Source: Candidatus Tremblayella phenacoccinincola
GTDB lineage: Bacteria > Pseudomonadota > Gammaproteobacteria > Burkholderiales > Burkholderiaceae
Reading direction: 5' to 3'
Assembly (NCBI RefSeq): GCF_009805595.3
Contig: NZ_VMQO03000003.1
Coordinates: forward strand, 1 to 30,677
DNA length: 30,677 bases
Under the pieces are notes generated by a model. The model was not told the origin of the DNA. It made no database searches and saw only the letters and a list, made by a program, of their open reading frames with translations. The translations under genes and the position numbers were made by a program. How positions within the stretch are numbered: position 1 is the first letter of the stretch; each line of letters begins with the position of its first letter. Positions 17,973 to 26,120 of this stretch are shown here, in pieces.

Positions 17973-19271
17973 ATGAAAACACCTATATATTCAATTAATG
18001 GCATGAAGGACTACATACCAACCCAAACAACCCTATGGCAACCCATAGAAGAAAAGCTAACTAAGCTAATAAATAACTATGGCTATAAAGAACTCAGACT
18101 ACCTATAATAGAACATACAGCCTTATTCAAAAAAGCAATAGGAAGAACAACAGATATAATAAGAAAAGAGCTGTATTGCTTTCCTGATAAAAAGGGAAAA
18201 AGCTATACATTAAGACCGGAAGGAACTACTGGATGTGTGAGGGCTGGCATTGAACACGGTTTGATACATAACCAAGAACAACGCTTCTGGTATTTTGGTT
18301 CAATGTTTCGTCATGATAGACCACAAAAAGATCGCTATAGGCAGTTTAACCAACTAGGCATAGAAAGCTTCGGACACAAGGAACCAGATATAGATGCTGA
18401 GTTAATAATACTAACAAAGAACCTATGGGCTACCCTTGGAATAAATAGCTGTTTATCATTAGAACTTAACACAATAGGTTCAATAGAAGAAAGAGAAACC
18501 TATAATAATTCTCTAACTATGTTCTTTAGTAAAAACATAAAAGCCTTAGATAAAGAATCAATTAGTAAGCTAGAAAAAGATCCATTTAGAATATTAGATA
18601 GTAAAGAAAACAATATTAAAAAACTATTAAAAGCAGCTCCAACAATATTTAGCTATTTATCTGAAACCACAAAAAGCCTTTTTAATAGCTTATGTTTGCT
18701 TTTAGATACTAATGGAATTAGGTATAAGCTAAATAATTACTTAGTAAGAGGCTTGGACTATTATAACAATACAGTATTCGAATGGGTAGAAAACAACAAT
18801 ATTAAAGCACAAAATACTATATGCGGAGGTGGAAGATATGATAACTTAGTAGAAAAGATAGGTGGTTTTTCAACCCCTGCTATAGGCTGTGCTTTGGGTT
18901 TAGAAAGATTAGTTATGCTAGTAAATAAACAAGATAATAAGCTAAACCAAAACAATAAGCTAAATCAAGAGCTAATCATATATTCAATACCAAGATATAA
19001 AGAAGAAAAAGTAAAAGCAATTCTAATAGCTGAATCCATAAGAACTAACATTCCAAAGCTTAGCTCTTTAACAAACTATGAAGAAAGCAGCTTCAAAAGA
19101 AACCTAATAAAACCATATAAACATAAAGCAAAGCTAGTAATAATAATAGAAGCCGGAAAGTATAAAGAAGAAATAATAATAATAAGAAACTTAATAAATG
19201 GAAACCAATATAAAATACCAAAAGAAACCATAATTAATGAAGTTAAAAAAGCCATTTATTCTCTCTATTAG
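17973..19271 (+). CDS. hisS: histidyl-tRNA synthetase
   Basis: GMKDYIP, LRPEGT.GCVRAGIEHGL, QRFWYFGSMFRHDRPQKDRYRQFNQLG, RGLDYYN.TVFEW and GGGRYD are collinear with E. coli HisRS (432 aa). Confidence 0.96.
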   Translation: MKTPIYSINGMKDYIPTQTTLWQPIEEKLTKLINNYGYKELRLPIIEHTALFKKAIGRTTDIIRKELYCFPDKKGKSYTLRPEGTTGCVRAGIEHGLIHNQEQRFWYFGSMFRHDRPQKDRYRQFNQLGIESFGHKEPDIDAELIILTKNLWATLGINSCLSLELNTIGSIEERETYNNSLTMFFSKNIKALDKESISKLEKDPFRILDSKENNIKKLLKAAPTIFSYLSETTKSLFNSLCLLLDTNGIRYKLNNYLVRGLDYYNNTVFEWVENNNIKAQNTICGGGRYDNLVEKIGGFSTPAIGCALGLERLVMLVNKQDNKLNQNNKLNQELIIYSIPRYKEEKVKAILIAESIRTNIPKLSSLTNYEESSFKRNLIKPYKHKAKLVIIIEAGKYKEEIIIIRNLINGNQYKIPKETIINEVKKAIYSLY

Positions 19272-19279
19272 CATTTAGC

Positions 19280-19312
19280 TTTAGGTTAGTCAGAAGGTTT
19301 CCCCCCAGTTAA
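19280..19312 (+). repeat. 33-bp direct repeat, copy 2 (covers the last 9 codons and stop of rluD)
   Basis: TTTAGGTTAGTCAGAAGGTTTCCCCCCAGTTAA. On the minus strand it encodes ...LTGGKPSD*. Confidence 0.85.
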
Positions 19313-20257
19313 ACTATCAGTCCCTCGTAATACGTTTAATAAGCTTAATATATCATAAGTCAAAGGAGATTCTAACTTCATCTTAACAAATGTCACTGGG
19401 TGCAAAACCTCTAATTTAATAGCATGTAACACTTGACGTTTAGGTTCTTTTAGTTTATTATATAGATAAGAACTAGAATTATATAGGACTTTCCCATACT
19501 GTTTATCTCCAACAAAAGGATGTTTAACATAAACCATATGAATTCTAATTTGATGAGTACGTCCTGTTTCTAGGTTAAAGCGAAGTCTAGTATGAAAAGG
19601 AAATCTCTCTTTAACAAAATAATTAGTTATAGAAGACTTTCCTCTATTATCAGCTTTCATACATACTCTTTTAACAGGGTTTCTCAATATTGGTTTTACT
19701 ATCTTGCCGGAAAAAGATAAGCTGCCAAAAGCTACTCCTTCATATTCCCGTATTAGTTTTTTTAATCGAAACACTTCAACTAACTTAATATATATAGAAA
19801 TGCTTTTAGCAATAATTAATAAGCCAGTAGTATCTTTATCTAATCGATGTACAATACCAGCTCTTGGAATAATTGTATTTGGTGGATAATAATAAAGTAA
19901 TCCATTAAATATGGTATATTCGCTGTTTCCAAACCCAGGATGTAATATAAAACCACTAGCTTTATTTAAAACAATAATATAAACATCTTCATATATTATA
20001 TCTAACGCTATTCTTTGTGGGTATATAGAGAAGCTGCTTCTATATAGAAACCTAACTTCTATTAGCTCTAAACCAAACAGTCTTTTTTTAGGGGTAAGCA
20101 CCAATTGTTCATTTACTTTTACTCTTCCAAATATAATAACCTTTTTAAAAAAAGATCTAGAATAGGCTGGAAATAAGCTAACTAATATAACATCTAAACG
20201 GCAAGTCTTATTTAATAAGCCAACATATCTAACATTATTAGGCTCAAGCATATTCAT
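19286..20257 (-). CDS. rluD: 23S rRNA pseudouridine synthase (RluD family)
   Basis: S4-like N-terminus (RLD..L...FP.YSRS), HRLDKDTTGLL and ETGRTHQIR.HM motifs. 323 aa, collinear with E. coli RluD. Confidence 0.9.
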   Translation of the reverse strand: MNMLEPNNVRYVGLLNKTCRLDVILVSLFPAYSRSFFKKVIIFGRVKVNEQLVLTPKKRLFGLELIEVRFLYRSSFSIYPQRIALDIIYEDVYIIVLNKASGFILHPGFGNSEYTIFNGLLYYYPPNTIIPRAGIVHRLDKDTTGLLIIAKSISIYIKLVEVFRLKKLIREYEGVAFGSLSFSGKIVKPILRNPVKRVCMKADNRGKSSITNYFVKERFPFHTRLRFNLETGRTHQIRIHMVYVKHPFVGDKQYGKVLYNSSSYLYNKLKEPKRQVLHAIKLEVLHPVTFVKMKLESPLTYDILSLLNVLRGTDSLTGGKPSD

Positions 20258-20264
20258 ATTAGAT

Positions 20265-20336
20265 TGGTCCCTTAGCTCAGTGGTAGAGCATGCGGCTCAT
20301 AATCGCTCGGTCACAGGTTCGAATCCTGTATGGACC
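20265..20336 (+). tRNA. tRNA-Ile2 (anticodon CAU, lysidine-type; could formally be Met)
   Basis: GGTCCCTTAGCTCAGTGGTAGAGCATGCGGCTCATAATCGCTCGGTC... closely parallels E. coli ileX (GGCCCCTTAGCTCAGTGGTTAGAGCAGGCGACTCATAATCGCTTGGTC). One C:U mismatch in the acceptor stem. No CCA. Confidence 0.75.
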
Positions 20337-20414
20337 AATGTTAGTAACATCTTTCAGGTATTTGAAGTAAGCTTCTAACCCATGTGGCGAATAACTCTAA
20401 GAACCCAAGGTAGG

Positions 20415-21638
20415 TTAGAACAAATGGCTGTGCAGGTCGCTTAACGTACTCATTAAGTCTCTTTGTTTAACGATTGTTGTTATTCTAACTTCTGAAGTCA
20501 ACAATGCTTTTACTTTTACTCCTAGCTTTAAAAGAATACTGAGAGCATAACCTGAAACCCGGAGACCTAACCCAACAACTGAGACTTCTGAAACCCTGTT
20601 GTCTGTTTGGGCTTTTACGATATCACAAAAGCGCCTCAAGCTCAAAAGTATTTTACGTTCAAGCTTTTCCATATGGTAACTGCTCACTAAGAAACTGAAG
20701 GTAAGTCTGTTTAAGTCATTGGTGAAACATGCTACAATGTCTAACTTCGAATGTGGTTTGAGAAGAGCCTTTAACACATACCAATTAAACCTATTAGGTC
20801 TAACATTCATCATAATGTCTATCTGAGCTACTTTGTCCTGAAAGGTAATGCTGGTGGCTATAGGTTGTTCCATTTGTTTCCTGTTTCGTAAGAGATTGAA
20901 ATGAACGATAGTGTTAGCTTTCCGGTTTGAAGTGGTTTTCAAGAAGCTAGATAATATGTTTAAGCTAACATTGAATTTACCAGACAGAAGCATCGAACGA
21001 GTGTGGATCACTTTTGAACCAAAACTTGCAAGCTCAAACAGTTCTTCAAAAGCAATCAGACTAATCAACTTACTTTGTTTAGTGATTCTAGGATCAATAG
21101 TGTATACTCCTTTAACATCAGTATATATTAAACACCATCCTTTGAACACACAAGATAAGGCAAGCGCGGATGTGTCAGAGCCTCCCCTACCAAACGTAGT
21201 CACTTTATGCATGTTTAGTCCTTGAAAGCCTGTAACTAATATAGCTTTAATATTTGAGAAGCTCTTTCTTATGTACTCCGTGTTAACTAGAAGTATGTGT
21301 GACTTGGTGTGTAAGTGATCTGTATAGATTGGAACTTGCCAGCCTGTTAATGGAACGTTGCTAATTCCAATCCTCCATAGAGCAGCAGAAAGAAGCCCTA
21401 CAGATATCTGTTCTCCTGCTGCTATAGTAAAATCAGCAGACGTAAGGTTAGGACTTGGAGTTATATTTTTAAGCGCACTGACTAAGCTACTAGTTTTTCC
21501 CTGCATAGCCGATACAATAACTATTAGCTTTTCAACATGAGTGGTTGTTTTAGCTATAAGGTTTGCAACATTCTTTATTCTTTCTTCAGAACCAACTGAA
21601 GAGCCTCCAAACTTCTGAATGGTAAACCTAACGGACAT
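20415..21638 (-). CDS. lysC: aspartate kinase (monofunctional, alpha/beta ACT-domain type)
   Basis: QKFGGSSVG, VSAMQGKTSSL, TFGRGGSDTSA, YTDVKGVYTIDPR and the internal MEQPIATSITF are collinear with Pseudomonas-type LysC (about 410 aa). GGGGAG Shine-Dalgarno upstream. Confidence 0.92.
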   Translation of the reverse strand: MSVRFTIQKFGGSSVGSEERIKNVANLIAKTTTHVEKLIVIVSAMQGKTSSLVSALKNITPSPNLTSADFTIAAGEQISVGLLSAALWRIGISNVPLTGWQVPIYTDHLHTKSHILLVNTEYIRKSFSNIKAILVTGFQGLNMHKVTTFGRGGSDTSALALSCVFKGWCLIYTDVKGVYTIDPRITKQSKLISLIAFEELFELASFGSKVIHTRSMLLSGKFNVSLNILSSFLKTTSNRKANTIVHFNLLRNRKQMEQPIATSITFQDKVAQIDIMMNVRPNRFNWYVLKALLKPHSKLDIVACFTNDLNRLTFSFLVSSYHMEKLERKILLSLRRFCDIVKAQTDNRVSEVSVVGLGLRVSGYALSILLKLGVKVKALLTSEVRITTIVKQRDLMSTLSDLHSHLF

Positions 21639-21870
21639 TATGACTAGTCTCCCCTAAACCCAGAATAGAACTCATTGTTCGAACCGTAAGGAACCCCCCT
21701 TTTTGAACATATTCCCTTTACTTCCTTAAATGAACTGCTGCTATAGTTAAAACAATGTTATAGAATGCTTCAAGGAAGTCTAGCTGTATAGAAGTCTGTT
21801 GGAAAGTCTGGTAAGTTGTTTTCAATGTTTTTAATTAGCTTTTAGTTGTATGTGGGTGGAGGGAGAGAGA

Positions 21871-21879
21871 GGGGGGGGG
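21871..21879 (+). repeat. G9 homopolymer (C9 on the minus strand) in the proS/lysC spacer
   Basis: Direct reading: gggagagagagggggggggtaaaa. Confidence 0.95.
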
Positions 21880-21907
21880 TAAAATAGGTTAGTTCTTTTT
21901 AATATAG

Positions 21908-23650
21908 TTAGCCTATGTTTAGCATTAGTTCTTTTAATATATAAGAGCTAATAGCATTTATATTTACTACTTTTATATCACCAGAAAAGCGGTTTTTATA
22001 TTCAACGTTATCCAAAAGAATGTTATTAGTAATCAAAATAATATGATTTATACCAATAAGTTCTATATCATTAAACATTACACCTAAAGAAACTACTCTA
22101 TCATCTAGTAAGACATCAATATTATAAGAAGCTAGTTTATTATATAGATGTTCTGCTAGTTCTTTTATCTTTTCTATCCTATGCATATTTAAAGCTATAA
22201 TCGCTACCTGAAAAGGTGCTATTGTTTTAGACCAAATAATTCCAGCTTTATCATAGTTTTGTTCTATTATAGCCGCTATAGTACGAGAAATGCCTATACC
22301 ATAACAACCCATTATTAAGCTTTGTTTATAGTCTTCATTAACATGAAGTTTATTATTTATTATATCAGAGTATTTTGTTCCAACTTGAAAAATATGTCCT
22401 ATTTCAATGCTTTTATTTCTTTTTAAAATGCTTTTCTTTTTAAACCATAAAACACCATTATCTATTATTCTTATATCTGCTATCTTAGGCAATAGTAAGT
22501 CTCTTCCCCAATTAACACCATAAAAGAACCGGCTTTTAATATTAGCGCTAGCTATAAAGTCGTCCATAACAGCAACACTTCTATCAATAATTAAGGACAT
22601 TGATAAGCTAAATAAACCTATTTCATATGTACTAGATGGGGAATCTACGTTTACTAGCTTTAACTTCTTTAGCTCTTCTATATTTGCATATTTTAGAGGA
22701 AGCTGTATGTCAGGGTTTTTCCCTAGCTTTATCTTATTTAACTGATGGTCTCCTCTTATAATAAGAACTAAAAAGGGATTAGATAATTTATTAGTATGTA
22801 CTATAAAAGCTTTTATAGTTTTATATATCGAAACATTAAAATAGGTTGCTAACTCAAAAGCACTTTTGATCTTAGTAGTAACTACTAGCTTTAACTCTTT
22901 AGTAGTCATTGGTTTTATTTTAAACGAAGGTAACGTTTCAGATAAATCAATATTAGAAGCATAGTTAGGCTTCGTAGTAAATATTATATCATTTTCTCCA
23001 TCTTTACCCAAAGCGTGAAACTCATGGGAACAACCATCGCCCATAACACCAGAACTTGCCTTTTTGATCTTATACTTTAAACCTATACGCTTAAATATAC
23101 TACAATAGGAACTACTCATTAAACTATAAGTAGCTTTTAGATTCTTTTGGGTTATATGAAATGAATAGGCATCTTTCATAAGAAACTCTTTTGACCTAAC
23201 TACACCAAAGCGAGGTCTTATTTCATCTCTAAAGTGTGCTTGAACTTGATAAAAAGCTAAAGGTAATTGTTTATGGGAATGTATTTCATTATTAACTAAC
23301 TCTGTAACAACTTCTTCATGAGTGGGCCCTAATACAAATTCTTTTTTATTACGATCAGTTAGCTTTATTAATTCTGAACTAAAATCTTTTAGCCTACCAC
23401 TTCTTTCCCATATATTAATTGGATGTATAGATGGCATAAGTATTTCTATGCAGCCAACTTTTAGCATTTCCTTTCTAATAACATTGTTTAACTTATTCAT
23501 AACTCGTAAACCAATAGGTAACCAAGTAAATATGCCTGAAGCTAGCTTTCTTATCATACCAGCTCGTAACATAAGCTTATTACTAATTATATCTGTGTCA
23601 GAAAAGCTTTTCCTAAGAGTACAAAGAAGATATTTGCTAGTTCGCGCCAT
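21908..23650 (-). CDS. proS: prolyl-tRNA synthetase
   Basis: MARTSKYLLCTL...MLRAGMIRKLASGIFTWLP, GPTHEEV, FRDEIRPRFGVVRSKEFLMKDAYSFH; 580 aa, collinear with E. coli ProRS. Confidence 0.96.
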   Translation of the reverse strand: MARTSKYLLCTLRKSFSDTDIISNKLMLRAGMIRKLASGIFTWLPIGLRVMNKLNNVIRKEMLKVGCIEILMPSIHPINIWERSGRLKDFSSELIKLTDRNKKEFVLGPTHEEVVTELVNNEIHSHKQLPLAFYQVQAHFRDEIRPRFGVVRSKEFLMKDAYSFHITQKNLKATYSLMSSSYCSIFKRIGLKYKIKKASSGVMGDGCSHEFHALGKDGENDIIFTTKPNYASNIDLSETLPSFKIKPMTTKELKLVVTTKIKSAFELATYFNVSIYKTIKAFIVHTNKLSNPFLVLIIRGDHQLNKIKLGKNPDIQLPLKYANIEELKKLKLVNVDSPSSTYEIGLFSLSMSLIIDRSVAVMDDFIASANIKSRFFYGVNWGRDLLLPKIADIRIIDNGVLWFKKKSILKRNKSIEIGHIFQVGTKYSDIINNKLHVNEDYKQSLIMGCYGIGISRTIAAIIEQNYDKAGIIWSKTIAPFQVAIIALNMHRIEKIKELAEHLYNKLASYNIDVLLDDRVVSLGVMFNDIELIGINHIILITNNILLDNVEYKNRFSGDIKVVNINAISSYILKELMLNIG

Positions 23651-23916
23651 ATATAGAATCCATGTTTAGTTGCTATATATATAATTGGTTCCCAAATATG
23701 CAATATATTATTCTCTCTATGCTATAGGTTAACATATGTTCCCCCCCACTAGAATCAATAACAACTCTTTAGCTACTGGCTATCTTAAGTCAGTATATAG
23801 TTCTAAACCCTAAGCTCTTTCCCTTTCTCAATGCTTTTCCTTTCCCTATATATCCGAAAATAAGATAGCTTTTCAATATACTAACTCTATATATATACCC
23901 ATTATAGTTCTAACCA

Positions 23917-23925
23917 CCCCCCCCC
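23917..23925 (+). repeat. C9 homopolymer, 11 nt upstream of the rplM ATG
   Basis: Direct reading: ctaaccacccccccccagcttttataATG. Confidence 0.95.
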
Positions 23926-23935
23926 AGCTTTTATA

Positions 23936-24364
23936 ATGAAGTCCTTAATATCAAAAGAAAAACAAATAAAGAAAAGATGGTATATTATTGATGCTTCAGG
24001 AAAAATACTAGGACGCTTGGTATCAAAAATAGTCTGTATATTGCGAGGTAAAGCTAAAACAACATATACCCCAAATATAGATACAGGAGACTATATAATA
24101 ATTATTAACGCCAATAAGATAAAGATAACAGGTAATAAATATATACATAAGCTATATTATCATCATACCGGATATGTTGGTGGTATCAAAAGCATATCTT
24201 TTAAGGAGTTAGCTAACAAAAACCCAAGAAAGCTAATAGAAAAAGCAGTAAAAGGTATGCTACCAAAAGGCCCATTAAGCTCTGTAATACAAAATAAACT
24301 AAAAATATATGAAGATGAAACCCACAACCATCAAGCACAAACCCCGATGTTATTATCAATTTAG
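23936..24364 (+). CDS. rplM: 50S ribosomal protein L13
   Basis: 142 aa; WYIIDASGKILGRL, TYTPNIDTGDYIIIINA, YYHHTGYVGGIK and KGMLPKGPL match E. coli L13. Confidence 0.96.
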   Translation: MKSLISKEKQIKKRWYIIDASGKILGRLVSKIVCILRGKAKTTYTPNIDTGDYIIIINANKIKITGNKYIHKLYYHHTGYVGGIKSISFKELANKNPRKLIEKAVKGMLPKGPLSSVIQNKLKIYEDETHNHQAQTPMLLSI

Positions 24365-24403
24365 TTGGACTGATGAACTACCCAATTAACAAACAACAAT
24401 GTC

Positions 24404-26077
24404 ATGAATAATAATAAACCAAACACTACTAACTTTATTAAGAAGCTAATAAATAAAGATCTTTTACTAAATAAATACAAGATAATAAATACAAGGTTCC
24501 CTCCTGAACCAAATGGACATATACATTTAGGACATGCAAAAGCTATATGTTTAAACTTTGGAATAGCAGAAACCTACAAAGGAGTCTGTAACTTAAGATT
24601 TGATGACACAAACCCAACAGAAGAAGCTATAGAATATGTGAAGTCTATAAAAAAGAATATTAATTGGCTAGGCTTCAAATGGAATGAAAGAGCACATTAT
24701 TCTTCAAACTACTTCGATAAGCTATATAGCTATGCAATAGATCTTATTAAAAAAGGTTTAGCATATGTAGATAATTTGTCACATAATGCTATCAAACTAT
24801 TTCGAGGTACACTAAAAAGCCCTGGAAAAAGCAGTCCATACCGTAATAGAAATATAAAAGAAAGCTTGATATTATTTACTAAAATGAAAGCTGGAAAAGC
24901 AAACGAAGGTAAAGCTTGTTTAAGAGTAAAAATAAACATGACATCGCCAAATATAACTATGAGAGACCCAATACTATATAGAATTAAATATATAAAGCAT
25001 TATCATACAGGTAATAAATGGTGCATTTACCCTATGTACGACTTTACTCATTGTATATCTGATGCTATAGAAAAGATAACACATTCTTTATGCACCTTAG
25101 AATTTCAAGATAATAAACAACTATACATTTGGCTATTAAATAATATTAACTTCGATATTCAGCCTAAACAATATGAGTTTTCCCGTTTAGCTGTAGAATA
25201 TAATATAACATCAAAAAGAAAGCTAAACATATTAATTAAAGGCCATATAGCTGATGGTTGGAAAGACCCGAGAATATTAACCCTCTCAGGCTTAAGAAGG
25301 AAAGGTTATACTGCTAAATCTATTAGGGAGTTTTGCAAGAGAGTTAATGTAACTAGACAAAACAGTAATATTGAACTTAATGTATTAGAAGCATGTATCC
25401 GCGAAGAGCTAAATGAAAATACAATAAGAATAATGGCAGTAGTTAACCCAATTAAAATAATAATAATAAACATATCTAAAACCCATAAAGAACTAATAAA
25501 TATCTATAACCATCCAACTAAGCCTGAACTGGGAAACAGAGAGCTAGTTTTTAGTAAGGAAATATATATAGATAAGAATGACTTTAGAGAAACCCCACAT
25601 AAACAATATAAAAGATTAGCTTTAGGAAAAGAAGTTAGACTAAGAAATGCATACATAATAAAAGCAGAAGCCATAGAAAAAGATATAAAAAAAGAAGTAA
25701 CAAATATATATTGTACTTATGATTCATATACTCTCAATAAAAAACCTTTAGACAATAGGCATATAAAAGGTGTAATCCATTGGGTATCTTCAAAAGATTG
25801 TATAAAGGCAGAGTTCAGAATATATGATAAGTTATTTAATATAAAAGACCCAAATGCCTCTATAGGTTTTTTAAACTACATATCTACAAAGTCCTTAGTA
25901 ATATACAAAGGCTTAATAGAGGCATATATATTAAAAGCAAAGCTAGGAGAAAGTCTTCAAGTTGAAAGAGAAGGCTATTATTGTGTCAGAGGTATTTGCT
26001 ATTCTAAAATAAATATTGTATTAAATAGAATAGTCACATTAAAACATAGCCTAAGGTTTCCCCCAAATAAGAGCTAG
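24404..26077 (+). CDS. glnS: glutaminyl-tRNA synthetase
   Basis: TRFPPEPNGHIHLGHAKAICLNFGIA, CNLRFDDTNP and the VMSKR-region equivalent ITSKRKL. 557 aa, collinear with E. coli GlnRS. Confidence 0.96.
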   Translation: MNNNKPNTTNFIKKLINKDLLLNKYKIINTRFPPEPNGHIHLGHAKAICLNFGIAETYKGVCNLRFDDTNPTEEAIEYVKSIKKNINWLGFKWNERAHYSSNYFDKLYSYAIDLIKKGLAYVDNLSHNAIKLFRGTLKSPGKSSPYRNRNIKESLILFTKMKAGKANEGKACLRVKINMTSPNITMRDPILYRIKYIKHYHTGNKWCIYPMYDFTHCISDAIEKITHSLCTLEFQDNKQLYIWLLNNINFDIQPKQYEFSRLAVEYNITSKRKLNILIKGHIADGWKDPRILTLSGLRRKGYTAKSIREFCKRVNVTRQNSNIELNVLEACIREELNENTIRIMAVVNPIKIIIINISKTHKELINIYNHPTKPELGNRELVFSKEIYIDKNDFRETPHKQYKRLALGKEVRLRNAYIIKAEAIEKDIKKEVTNIYCTYDSYTLNKKPLDNRHIKGVIHWVSSKDCIKAEFRIYDKLFNIKDPNASIGFLNYISTKSLVIYKGLIEAYILKAKLGESLQVEREGYYCVRGICYSKINIVLNRIVTLKHSLRFPPNKS

Positions 26078-26120
26078 TTCTTTGTTGTTAGTTCTTCTTA
26101 TTCTAAAAGACCTAACCATC

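Noticed and set aside
21639-21907. Lysine riboswitch upstream of lysC, and an RNase P RNA-like GGAAAGTCTGG element
   Set aside because: I could not find the conserved L-box core. GGAAAGTCTGG resembles the RNase P CR-I GGAAAGUCCGG, but the other conserved regions and sufficient length are missing. It is better explained as one of three AAGTCT repeats.
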